A stretch of 64,000 nucleotides of DNA. Origin: Basidiobolus meristosporus CBS 931.73. Its lineage: Eukaryota > Fungi > Basidiobolomycota. The DNA lies in contig MCFE01000060.1 in assembly GCA_002104905.1 (NCBI GenBank), positions 124,001 through 188,000 of the forward strand. The letters run 5' to 3'. Shown here piece by piece: positions 1 to 11,293 of the stretch. The notes below the pieces were generated by a model. The model was not told the DNA's origin. It worked only from the letters and a program-made list of their open reading frames with translations, and ran no database searches. Numbering within the stretch: position 1 is the first letter of the stretch; every line of letters begins with the position of its first letter. The position numbers and the translations under genes were made by a program.

Positions 1-864
1 ATATGTCACAGTAGAAACCCATACCCAGTGGTGGAGCTTCTGTCAGTAAGATCCCCACCCCAATCTGGATCTCCATAACCATCCCGTTTTTGGCTATCAG
101 CTGCTCCAGAGTATTGCAGCGCCATATTTATGCTACCTTGTAGATATCTATAAATTTGCTTAACTGCTATAACATGATCAGATCCACAATTTTGCATAAA
201 TTGATTTACCATTCCCACTGTCACTGCAATATTTGGATGTGTCAATACTATTAGGAAGATCAGACTACCAATCATTGATTGATATTGACAGTTTTGGTCA
301 ATATAATAGCATTTTCACCCAACTTGGCTGGGATGTGCTCAATATTAGGTAATTGTCCATGGATTGCTGCAGGCTTCCATGTTTCCACTTCAAAGTGTGT
401 AAGAATGTCCTGGATATATGTAGACTGATTCAGCTCAGTTTTCTGTGTGGGTTTGTAGAATACAACTTCAATTCTAAGAAAATAGCTTAACTTTCCAAGA
501 TCTCTCATCTCAAATTTGCCAAAGAGCTTGGACCTTGTCTAATTGGGTGCCTCCTTGTCACTCATAGCTATTAATAGGTTGCCCATATAAAGCATCAGGA
601 TAGTCACTCCTTTTTTAAGCTGTCTCACATATATATTTTGTGATCTACAGTACTGTAAAGGTACTCAATCATGTTGTACCAGACTCTAGGCACCTACTTA
701 AGCTAGCACAACAATTTCCAAGTCCATTCACCTTAAAGGGGCCTTTTGCTTGGCAAACCATCTGGCTGCTCCATTTGTATAGTCTCTTGCAAATTACTAT
801 TTAGAACAGCGGTTACAATGTCCATTTGGTGTGGATCCAGATTGTATACAGTTGCCAGTGCTAG
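1..864 (-). pseudogene. Decayed Ty1/Copia reverse transcriptase remnant (family C-like), continued at 17479-17890 after the nested Gypsy block
   Basis: ORFs 6-275 and 272-508 translate to Copia RT motifs (DLGKLSYFLxIEV, GSLxxL, RYLQG, GYGDPDWGGD..RSSTTGY). DNA is collinear with the near-intact Copia at about 23660-24540. Confidence 0.9.
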
Positions 865-1233
865 TATCACAAGTCTTGATATAAGAGTTGTAGAGTAATA
901 GGGAGTTCAGCTAGCATTGAATTTACTAAAACTTGAACTGCTTGTTTTTGAGGTTCCATCAGCTCCTCATATACATTTTGCCAGATCAATTGCAGAATAA
1001 TTGTATCTCCTAATGTAGGTTGTGGTCAATAACTCATTTGAATGCATCATCACCACCCAGTTAGATCCTATTTTTTATATCTATTTCTCTCTGATAAGGC
1101 TCTGCTGATTCATCTGCGGACTAATACTACTGATTTGATAGATAACACTGATATACTTGTTGGCTAAACATAAAACTAATTGACTTCACTAGAAACTGAT
1201 CTAACTTGATCATTCAAGTGGTAGATCATAACA
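865..1233 (-). repeat. Family B LTR (3' LTR of outer copy)
   Basis: Matches LTR copies at 13338, 17113, 28106 and 34453. Ends ...tagatcataaca; the start is decayed from TGTTAC to TATCAC. Confidence 0.85.
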
Positions 1234-1817
1234 TTCTCCCCTAATAATGCTGCAAATGGATATTGTCTGATATTCATGAGTGGGCATGTCCATTGTGGCT
1301 CAAACTTCTTCCAAGTTTGTTTCTCAGCAATACAAAGTTCCCAACTGTCAATGCTTCCAGTGATATAGTCTTATCCAGCCTCTGCTTCATCTTTACTGCA
1401 CTTTGATATACTTTGGCCTGCACCTCTTGATATCTTTGTTCCAGCTGCTGATGTCCACCTGGCTGACTGAGCTCACCCTTCTAAGGCATATCTACACTTT
1501 GTTTTTGCAAGATTTCATGGAATCCCTGGTTCACACCCATTCACTAAGTAAAGTGGCAATTGTTGGGTGGTGGTGTGTACTCTAACTCTACAGGCAAAAA
1601 GTGCTTGGTCTGTAAGCTCATTAAATCTACTGACAGCCCCATTTGCATATTTGATCAGCTTTTTGCAAATAATTCATTGAACTGCTCAGTAACTCCATTA
1701 GTTCTAGGGTAATATGCCAAGGTCTCAGGTGTTTTGATGGCTGATTTTTCAGGTAAGCTTCCAATGTCTTTGCTGTAAAGTTTGCTCCTTTATTGGATAA
1801 AGGCTCTACAGGGCTTC
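1234..1817 (-). pseudogene. Family B integrase C-terminal part (decayed)
   Basis: Collinear with 28474-29190 and 39230-39930, whose translations give integrase motifs (YLPRTNGVTEWFNG, LTVGNFVLL, EPQWTGP). Confidence 0.85.
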
Positions 1818-2944
1818 TGTGGTAATGGAAAGTATTCCATTACGACAATATCTCTTAACCAATATTGCACTCATTTCTTTATTTTGCTTTTTGCTATTGT
1901 AACACACAAGTGAAAGATCAAGAATTTCCAACTTTGATGAACAAATGCTCCAGACCCTGACAAGCAATCCACCCAAGAATATTATGTCATACAGAACACA
2001 TAGTAGCCAACACATGTTTCAAATTACAGCTCATTTGAAGCAGTACTTAAAGAGTTATGACCAAAAGAGTCCAACTATTATATATACTATACCTTATTGA
2101 TAGGATTACTATGGTGACCTTGATCGCGTGTAACTTTTGAACCAGCCAATTAAGTCAGATGAAATTCTCACAGGTGCTGCACCTGTGTCCGATCTGCGCC
2201 ACTGCAAAATTTTAGCTTTGTATCACGTGTATTGCTTGCGCAATTGCCCAAAAACTTTGATCCTTCAAAATTTTTGTATATATGACTTCCCCAGCTGAAA
2301 AATAAAGGGAGAGCCTCTCTTTCCAGAATCTCCACACTACAATTATAAGTTTAAAGGTTATAAGACTTCCCCTGCATCACTTGCACTGTTGAGTATTCTG
2401 ACTTTGATTGGTACTACATCAGTAAAGAGACTGCAAAGCTCACAAGAATCCAATCTAAGTTCTACAAGAAACTACAACTTTTCTGTTGGAAAAGTCCCCT
2501 TAAAGAAACCCCTTTACTCTAAAGAAGCCCCTTTAGGTACCCCTTTAGTGTAAAGTCCACTTTAGAGACCACTACATGAAGCCCCTTTACTCTAAAGACA
2601 CCCCTTTAGACACCCCTTTAGGTTAAAGGGGAGTTCAGAATTTCCATATTAGGAAATATTTTCTCAGAAAGGAAAGTGACTTCCAAATAAGGAAAAGTTA
2701 CTATAAAAGTAAATACGCCCATTAGTCAACAGAAGGTCAGAACACTGCTGTAGAAGTGATAAACACTGCCTACAGTATATTTTGAGCCCAAGATTGAGGA
2801 AATTTGTGAAAGTTATATCTTCAATCTGTATATCAGACTCCCAATAAACTATTTCAGTATTAGCATACTGGAAGTTGTTGTATGTTGTTGATTAGCCTCT
2901 ACATTGTAGAACAAGCCCCAAACTAATCATAATACACCACAACA
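1818..2944 (+). repeat. Family A 5' LTR (1127 bp)
   Basis: Direct repeat of 7957-9085, with TG...CA ends and an internal CCCCTTTAG array. Confidence 0.95.
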
Positions 2945-2950
2945 AGAATT

Positions 2951-2966
2951 TGGTGGAGGACCTGGG
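2951..2966 (+). promoter_or_regulatory. Primer-binding site of family A (TGGTGGAGGACCTGGG), likely tRNA-Ala 3' end
   Basis: TGG-starting motif 6 nt after the LTR. It is complementary to a tRNA ending ...CUCCACCA; the tRNA identity is an inference. Confidence 0.6.
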
Positions 2967-3011
2967 TAGTTTGAACCTTTCACTATACAAGCATCAAGAA
3001 ACGTTACAAGA

Positions 3012-4445
3012 ATGACCAATACACCACTCCCAGAGTTAATAGCCACTTTTAAAGGTGCCATTCCAGTAAAATTCTCAGGAGAGAATGTTACTGAGTTTCT
3101 AGAAGAGTTTAACAATATAGCTGCAGCATTTGAGCTATCACACAAGAACAAAATCCAGTTGTTTCCCTTTCTCTGTGAAGTTGAAGTATCAAGATTCTTA
3201 CAAAGTTTGGACCCATTTAAGATATCTGTTGGCACTAACTTTAACTGGGACACTGCTCAACAAGCTATTTTAGCTGAGTACCAAAAGGAAGCACAGTTTG
3301 TTACACTAAATGAGCTAGAAATGCCTTACAACAAGACCCAACCCTTGCAGAAGTACATTCAAAAGTTTGAGTCAAAAGCAAGGCATGTTGAAGCAGCTAT
3401 TGGAATTCCAAGATATTATCAAAGAAACTATTTTCTGATGAATATGCCTCCTGAAATACGTAATGCCATTAGCCACCAAGTTCAGGCTACAAGCTCCTAC
3501 AACAATGTTAAACAAATGGTGTTAAACTATCAATCAGGAAGACAAGTCATGGATTCCATTAATATTCAAATGAAGATTCCCACTCCAGCTAAACAAATTC
3601 TTCATTGTACAAATAACCCACAAAGTGATCAGGTTAATGAATTGATTGATGCATTAGGAAAATTGACGCTTAAGTTGGACTCTCAAAGTGTACCATCATC
3701 AAGCATCAACAAGGCAAGACCAGAAAATCCCAAAACAACCAGTAATTATCCACAGCAAACCAAATATTGTGTGTACTGTGAATCTGCTGAGCATAGCCGT
3801 TATGGTTGTCAAATATTGAATATTGATATTGACAGTCATAAGGTTATGATTGATCGTTATGGGAAGATCTGAGATATTGCTGGAAACCCCTTGCCTATCA
3901 ACAGAGGTTATGGTGGAATGAGGTCCTATGTTCTTGCTCAAGAAGAATCAAGTAAAAGCACCAAGATATCAAATTTCATACAAATCCAAAAGACTGCAGA
4001 AATTCCAAGCAATGAACATTACGTACTCACAATATCAGATCCATCAGGGCAGGTCCAAGAATATCTAATGGAAAAAGAGGAAGTTGAAGAGTTTAATTGC
4101 CTTATTGATAAGAGAAAGTATGTTTCTACAGAGAACAATCCTAAAAAAGTGTGTACCGACAAAAGAAATCAGCCAATTGTTGAAATACCAGTACAGCCAG
4201 AAACATCAAAAATCCAAAAAGAACACTTGCAACCTCAATCTAAGTATGACACTACTGCAATTACACAGAAAGTTATCAACAAATTCTGGAAATCTCCATT
4301 TCCACAACTTACAAATCAAGAAATGTTCACCGCCATCAACAATCTCAGTCAACTACTACCAGAAATGGTTAAGCCTATGAACAAAGATATCCTGAAGAAT
4401 TATCAAGAACAGTCATTAACAACGTTATCAAGTGAACAACTATAA
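3012..4445 (+). CDS. gag: Family A Gag with CCHC zinc knuckle, interrupted by TGA at 3870-3872 and ending at TAA 4443-4445, in frame with pol
   Basis: ORFs 3012-3872 and 3891-4445 share a frame with pol at 4452. Knuckle CVYCESAEHSRYGC fits CX2CX4HX4C. The TGA is plausibly CGA decay. Confidence 0.8.
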
Positions 4446-4451
4446 TTTGAA

Positions 4452-6764
4452 GTGGAAAAAGCCTTTTACTCCATAACAACAGGAAGCTATGCTGCTACAA
4501 TCAACAATGTTGAAGTGGAATGTGTTTTTGATTCTGGATCAGAAATCAATGCTATCACCGCTATGACTTTTGAAAAAATCAAATTGCCATTGACAGAAGT
4601 TGACTGGAATATGAGAACTGCTACAGGTGCAACAGAAAAGATGCTTGGACTTTGTCACTCTGTACCAATTGAAATTGGAGGAATCAGGGTTACTTCTCCC
4701 TTTTTCATTGTTGCCAATGGACCCACTTTTGAGGTATTGTTGGGACGACCATATGAGAGAAAATCTCTTCTACAAGCTGATAATAGACCTGATGGAAGCT
4801 TATGGCTGACAATCACATCTGACGATCGAAAAAGAAGGGCAACCTTTTGTGCAGCAGAAGAGAATAATCCAAGAAATGCAGACACCATTCCAGTACAGAA
4901 CATACAGGTTCATAAGGATATTTTGTTTTATGATCAACACTTCATTCCATTGACAACAAGTAAGACAAATACCAAGTATAAGCCAGTTGCATTGAAAGCA
5001 AAGCCAGTATCTACTGGAATCTCACCATCTGCCCACAACAATCCTCAAATGGAGCCTTTGCACAAATATGTCAAAATCAGACTCACAGAAGAGAAGCTCA
5101 AGGAGTTGGCTATTGGGACTACTCTTTCCACTGAGGAGAAAAGTCTCTTTTTGACTATGCTACAACGCTATGACAATGTCTTTGCATTTAATGATGCACA
5201 AAGAGGATGTTTATCCACAGAGCTATTTCCACCGGTTAAGATCCATACCGTTGAACATACACCATGGGCACTGAGATCATATCCTATTCCCTCAAGATTA
5301 CTGAACAAAGTAATTGAAATGCTACAATCAAGATTTCAAAGTGGAGTCATTGAATATAGCTATGGACCTTATCGCAATCCCTGGTTTACACTGTTGAAGA
5401 AAAATGGAAGTCTATGGCTTATTCAAGACGTACAGCATTTGAATAAGGTCACCATCAAAGATGCTATGCAACCACCCATACGACATGAGTATATTGAGTC
5501 ATTTACTGGATATCCTCTGATTACAACATTGGATCTTTATTCAGGATATGACCAAATACTTCTGGATCCTACCTCAAGAGATTTCACCGCTATGGATACA
5601 CCAATAGGACTCATAAGGATGACAAGAATTCCTCAAGGATGGACAAACACTGTCCAAAATTATCAACGTGCAATAATTCGAGTTTTGGATGACTGTTTCC
5701 CTGAGATATGCCAACCATTTCTTGATGACATTGCAGTTAAGAATAAGTCCAGAGAAAAAGATACATTGCATGTCTTACCTCAAGTAAGAAGATATGTTTA
5801 TGATCACATAAGCACAGTTGAGAGGGTCATGAAGAAACTTCAAGCTTCTGGTCTGACTGTATCAGGAGCCAAATGCAAGTTTGGCTACAACAAAGCAATC
5901 ATTCTAGGTGAACTTGTTACTGAAAAAGGGAGATTGCCTGATCCTGCAAAACTTTCATCGGCACTGAATTGGAAGCCACCAAGGAATATTCATCAAGTCA
6001 GACAATTATTAGGACTTACTGGTCTATTCAGAATCTGGATCAAGAACTATGCTCAAATTGCTAAGCCACTGACTCAGTTATTACAGAAAAACCAGAAATT
6101 TGAATGGCATGAAGAACAGGCAAATGCTATGTTGACATTGCTTGAGTCATTATCAAAGCCACCTGTCTTAGCAGCTATGGACTACAGTGTTATTGATTCA
6201 CAACCAATCATTGTATCAGTTGATAGCTCTGGAATTGGGGTTGGTGGAATCATGATTCAAGTTTCAAAAGATCATCATCGACAACCTTGCAAATATCTTA
6301 GTAGACTATTCAAAGGGAATGAGCTTAACTATCCATCTATCAAGAAAGAAGCACTGGGAGTACTCTATGTACTCAAAAAGCTAAAGCCATACTTATTAGG
6401 AGTACACCTCACACTGGAGGTTGATGTCAAGCCATTATTAGGAATGTTGAATAAGTTGGAGCTTTTGCCTGATCCTATTCTAGCACGGTGGATATCATAC
6501 ATCCAGATCTTTGACTTTATGCTGCAACACATACCAGGAGCCAATCACAAAGGACCTGATGCCTTATCTAGAAAGCAACCAAATTCACCGTACTCAACTG
6601 ATGATGATGAGATTGAAGAGTTTCTTGAAAACACTAGTCTTGGATTCTCATTCAGACATATGATACAAAGCAATTATCAACAAATCAAGGAATTTCTTGT
6701 ATCACTCAAAGTTCCTGCTGATATCCCACAAATTAACGCACAAATTTTAAAAGGAAGGCTCTGA
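4452..6764 (+). CDS. pol: Family A Pol: aspartic protease, reverse transcriptase, RNase H
   Basis: VFDSGSEIN (PR); LDLYSGYDQI, PQGWTN and FLDD (RT); VDSSGIGVGG, KKEALGV and PDALSR (RNase H). Confidence 0.95.
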   Translation: MEKAFYSITTGSYAATINNVEVECVFDSGSEINAITAMTFEKIKLPLTEVDWNMRTATGATEKMLGLCHSVPIEIGGIRVTSPFFIVANGPTFEVLLGRPYERKSLLQADNRPDGSLWLTITSDDRKRRATFCAAEENNPRNADTIPVQNIQVHKDILFYDQHFIPLTTSKTNTKYKPVALKAKPVSTGISPSAHNNPQMEPLHKYVKIRLTEEKLKELAIGTTLSTEEKSLFLTMLQRYDNVFAFNDAQRGCLSTELFPPVKIHTVEHTPWALRSYPIPSRLLNKVIEMLQSRFQSGVIEYSYGPYRNPWFTLLKKNGSLWLIQDVQHLNKVTIKDAMQPPIRHEYIESFTGYPLITTLDLYSGYDQILLDPTSRDFTAMDTPIGLIRMTRIPQGWTNTVQNYQRAIIRVLDDCFPEICQPFLDDIAVKNKSREKDTLHVLPQVRRYVYDHISTVERVMKKLQASGLTVSGAKCKFGYNKAIILGELVTEKGRLPDPAKLSSALNWKPPRNIHQVRQLLGLTGLFRIWIKNYAQIAKPLTQLLQKNQKFEWHEEQANAMLTLLESLSKPPVLAAMDYSVIDSQPIIVSVDSSGIGVGGIMIQVSKDHHRQPCKYLSRLFKGNELNYPSIKKEALGVLYVLKKLKPYLLGVHLTLEVDVKPLLGMLNKLELLPDPILARWISYIQIFDFMLQHIPGANHKGPDALSRKQPNSPYSTDDDEIEEFLENTSLGFSFRHMIQSNYQQIKEFLVSLKVPADIPQINAQILKGRL

Positions 6765-7948
6765 AGTTTTTACTGCATGATGGCACACTTTTCAGAAAAA
6801 GCAAACATGGAGTTCCTCAACGGTATATACATAACAAGCATGATCAAGAGAAGATCATTCAAGAATTGCATGAATCTGAATCAGGAGGTCATAAGGGAAT
6901 TACATCAACATATGCAAAAATCTCCTTACGGTATTTTTGGCCAACACTGTACACCAACACAAAAGAATATGTGAAATCATGTATTCCATGTCAAAGAAGA
7001 GACAACCAAAAGATGCATGAACCACTTCACAATATATACACATCTTATGCTTGGCAAATTGCACAAGTAGATATTATACATTTACCAAGGGCAACAGCTG
7101 GGTATAAGTATGTGGTGGACTGTTGTGATAACTTTACTGGTTGGATAGAGGCTAGAATGCTGAAACAAGCCAATGCAAAAGCAGTAGCAAGATTTCTCAA
7201 AGAAGATGTATATCTCAGACATGGTTCAGTTGGCACCCTTATTGCAGACAATGGAGAATGTGGATCTTATGAAATACAAGCACTAGCGACAAAGCATGGA
7301 ACCAAGCTTATACATACTACGCCATATCACCCACAAGCAAATTCACCAGTTGAATGTGGACATTCTGCTTTTGCAAACACATTAGCAAAGCTTAGCTATG
7401 AAGAACCCAACAAATGGGCAAATAACTTTCATGCAGCAATTTGGTCTGATAGAGTCATGGCCAAAAGAAGTACAGGTTATACACCATTTTTTTTAATATA
7501 TGGACATGAAGCTGTTTTGCCGATAGACATATCTTTTGAGAATTGGCTTACCCTCCCATGGAAACCAACCATGACAACATCAGAGCTATTGCTAGCAAGA
7601 GTACAACAGATTCAACAAGCACACACTCTGCAACAGAATGCAATAGAAAACCTGAAGAAATCCAGAATGGCTGGCAAGGAGTACTTTGACGCTCAAAAAT
7701 GCCTAAGAAAAACATTGTTAGAAGTAGGTGAGTTGATACTACTTCACAACACAAAAAGCCAAAGAAACAAGGCATCCAAGCTGGATATGCAATGGCAAGG
7801 TCCCTACAAGATCATACATGCAAACAAAAATGGATCTTACAAACTAGCAGAACTTGACAGTACACCACTTGCACTGACACAACCTGGTAACAGATTGAAG
7901 AAGTTCCATATCAGAAGTAATAATGAGGGCATTATTTCTCAAAGTTAG
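6752..7948 (+). CDS. Family A integrase, in the -1 frame relative to RT-RH
   Basis: HHCC zinc domain (HESESGGHKG...CIPCQ), D,D35E-type core (QVDIIH, IADNG, VEcGH), GPY/F motif WQGPYKI. No chromodomain. Confidence 0.92.
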   Translation, partial: RKALKFLLHDGTLFRKSKHGVPQRYIHNKHDQEKIIQELHESESGGHKGITSTYAKISLRYFWPTLYTNTKEYVKSCIPCQRRDNQKMHEPLHNIYTSYAWQIAQVDIIHLPRATAGYKYVVDCCDNFTGWIEARMLKQANAKAVARFLKEDVYLRHGSVGTLIADNGECGSYEIQALATKHGTKLIHTTPYHPQANSPVECGHSAFANTLAKLSYEEPNKWANNFHAAIWSDRVMAKRSTGYTPFFLIYGHEAVLPIDISFENWLTLPWKPTMTTSELLLARVQQIQQAHTLQQNAIENLKKSRMAGKEYFDAQKCLRKTLLEVGELILLHNTKSQRNKASKLDMQWQGPYKIIHANKNGSYKLAELDSTPLALTQPGNRLKKFHIRSNNEGIISQS

Positions 7949-7956
7949 GGGAGACT

Positions 7957-9085
7957 TGTGGTAATGGAAAGTATTCCATTACTACAATATCTCTAAACCA
8001 ATATTGCACTCATTTCTTTATTTTGCTTTTTGCTATCGTAACACACAAGTGAAAGATCAAGAATTTCCAACTTTGATGAACAAATGTTCCAGACCCTGAC
8101 AAGCAATCCACCCAAGAATATTATGTCATACAGAACACGTAGTAGCCAACACATGTTTCAAATTACAGCTCATTTGAAGCAGTACTTAAGGAGTTATCAC
8201 CAAAAGAGTCCAACTATTATATATACTATGCCTTATTACTAGGATTACTATGGTGACTTTGATTGCATGTAACTTTCAAGCCAGCCAATCAAGTCACGTG
8301 AAATTTTCACAGGTGCTGCGCCTATGTCTGATCTGCACCACTGCAAAATATTAGCTTCGTATCATGTGTATTGCTTGTGTAATCACCCAAAAACTTTGAT
8401 CCTTCAAAATTTTCATATTTATGACTTCCCCAGCTGAAAAATAAAGAGAGAGCCTCTCTTTCCAGAATCTCCACACTATGATTACAAGTTTAAAGGTTAT
8501 AAGACTTCCCCTGCATCACTTGCACTGTTGAGTATTCTGACTTTGATTGGTACTACATCAGTAAAGAGACTGCAAAGCCCACAAGAATCCAATCTAAGTT
8601 CTACAAGAAACTACCACTTTTCTGTCGGAAAAGTCCCCTCTAAGAAGCCCCTTTACTCTAAAGACACCCCTTTAGAGACCACTACAAGAAGCCCCTTTAC
8701 TCTAAAGACACCCCTTTAGGTCTAAAGACCCCTTTAGAGACTTCTACAACACACCCTTTTAGGTTAAAGGGGAGTTCAGAATTTCCATATTAGGAAATAT
8801 TTTCTCAGAAAGGAAAGTGACTTCCAAATAAGGAAAAGTTACTATAAAAGTAAATAAGCCCATTAGTTGACAGAAGGTCAGAACACTGCTGTAGAAGTGA
8901 TAAATACTGCCTACTGTATATTTTGAGCCCAAGATTGAGGAAATTAGTGAAAGTTATATCTTCTATTGGTATATCAAACTCCCAATAAACTATTTCAGTA
9001 TTAGCATACTGGAAGTTGTTGTATATTGTAGATTAGCCTCTACAGTGTAGAACAAGCCCCAAACTAATCATAATACACCACAACA
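7957..9085 (+). repeat. Family A 3' LTR (1129 bp)
   Basis: Direct repeat of 1818-2944, preceded by the PPT. Confidence 0.95.
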
Positions 9086-10052
9086 CATCCCAGATTATCT
9101 TCTTGATATCTTCATCCACCTCATTGGGAATGGCTTAGTCCTCTAAGTATTTTGGTATTAGGCTAGGTGAATCTTATTCATGAACCAAGTACAGTTGTGA
9201 AACTTGTTCTATTCTTGATAAGGTATCAGCAACTGTGTTGTTTGTTCCAGGGCAGTTGACAATCTCCAAGTCAATTTGCTGAATGTATTCTCTTCATCTT
9301 GTCATTCTTCTAGAGAGCACCTTCTAAGTAAGTATATACTTGAGGGATGCATGATCAGTCTTCACAGTGCATATGACTCCGTCAATATTGCATCTTCATA
9401 TCTTCTAACAGTGTATTATAGCAAGCATCTCCTTCACATGCACTGGATGGTTTTGTTCTGCTGAGCTCAGTTTCTTGGATACAAAGGCAACTACATAGTT
9501 CTTTCCCTTGTGTTCTTGGCTCAACACTCCACCAATTGCATAATTGGAAGCATCCATGCACAGAGTAAACTCTTTTTGAGGTTAGGTATTCTTAAGCTTG
9601 GCAGCTTAGTAAGTTCATTCTTGAGTGTCTGGAAGGCAGTCTCACAAGCTATGTCCCACTTGAGGGTAGTATCTTTCTTCAGGATATTAGTTGAAGGGGC
9701 TGCAATACTTGCAAAGGACTTGACAAATCTCCAATGATTGGAAACCATTCCAAGGTATGATCTGAGCTCTGATTTGCTATGGGGCTGCTTCAGATTTTTA
9801 ATAACTTCAACCTTCTTAGGGTCTAAGGTCACTCCTATGCTAGTCACTATGTGTCCCAGATATGCAATGTTTTCCTTGAAGAACTCACACTTGGCTAGCT
9901 TGCCATATAGTTTGTTCTCTCTTAGCTTCTTCAAGACCTTCTCCATGTGCACCATGTGATCCTCCTCTGTCTTGCTGTTTATCAATATGTCACCTAGGTA
10001 GATTATCACAAACCTTTCTAGGTATTCCTTGAAGAGAGTCTGCATCTGGGTC

Positions 10053-11293
10053 TGTGGTAATGGAAAGTATTCCATTACTACAATATCTCAAAATAAATAT
10101 TGCACTCATTTCTTTATTTTGCTTTTTGCTACTGTAACTCACAGGTGAAAGGTTAAGAATTTACAACTGTGAAAGAAATACTCCAGACCCTGACAGGCAA
10201 TCCATCCAAGAATGTTATGTCATACAGAACACACATTGGCCAATACATGTTTCAAATTACAGCTCATTTAAAGCAGTACTTAAGGAGTTATGACCAAAAG
10301 AGTTCAACTACTTTATATACTAGGTCTCTATTACTAGGATTACTATGGTGACTTTGATCATGTGTAACTTTTGACCAATCAATCAAATCACGTGAAGTTC
10401 TCACAGGTGCTGTGCCTATATCTGATCTGCACCACTGCAAGATTTTTGCTTTGTATCATGTGTACTGCTTGCTCAATTGCCCAAAAACTTTGATCCTTCA
10501 GAAATTTCATATATATGACCTCCCCAGCTGAAAAAAAAACAAGGAGAGCCTGTCTTTCCAGAATCTCCACACTACAATTACAAGTTTAAAGGTTATAAGA
10601 CTTCCTGTGCATCACTTGCATTGTTCAGTATTCTGACTTTGATTGGTACTACATCAGCAAAGAGATGCAAAGCTCACAAGAATCCAATCCAAGTTCTACA
10701 AGAAACCACAACTTTTCTGTTGGAGAAGTCCCCTCTAAGAAGCCCCTATACTCTAAAGACACCCCTTTAGACACCTCTCTAGTCTAAAGACCCCTTTAGA
10801 GACCTCTTAAAGAAACCCCTTCACTCTAAAGAAGCCCCTTTAGGCACCCCCTTTAGTGAAAAGTCCACTTTAGAGACCACTACAAGAAGCCCCTTTACTC
10901 TAAAGACACCCCTTTAGACACCCCTTTAGGTCTAAAGACTCCTTTGGAGACTTCTACAATACACCCCTTTAGGTTAACAGGGAGCTCAGAATTTCTATAT
11001 TAGGGAATATTTTTACAAAGGAGAGTGACCTCCAAATAATGAAAAGTTACCATAAAAGTTAATAAGCCCATTAGTCAACAGAAGGTTAGAACACAGCTGT
11101 AGAAGTGAGAAACTCTGCCTATAGTACATTTTGAGCCTAAGATTGAGGATATTAGTGAAAGTTATATCTTCTATTGGTATATCAAAACCCCTATAAACTA
11201 TTTCAGTAGTAGCATACTGGAAGTTGTTGTATATTGTTGATTAGCTGCCACATTGTAGAACTAGCCCCAAACTAATCATTATACAACATAACA
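10053..11293 (+). mobile_element. Solo LTR of family A (1241 bp) inserted in family B RT
   Basis: Full LTR with TGT...ACA ends and perfect 4-bp TSD GGTC (10049-10052 and 11294-11297). Removing it restores RT sequence ATFMTQMQTLF. Confidence 0.95.

Larger units (their letters stand above)
1818..9085 (+). mobile_element. Near full-length Ty3/Gypsy family A retrotransposon (Ylt1-like), 7.27 kb
   Basis: LTRs at 1818-2944 and 7957-9085 (TGTGG...CAACA), PBS at 2951, PPT aggggagac at 7947-7955, and domain order gag-PR-RT-RH-IN. Confidence 0.95.

Noticed and set aside
2495-2631. Telomeric repeat or CRISPR-like array interpretation of the CCCCTTTAG units
   Set aside because: The G-strand unit is CTAAAGGGG, not TTAGGG or TTTAGGG. 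The intervening sequences are themselves repeated and short, and the array is internal to every LTR-A.
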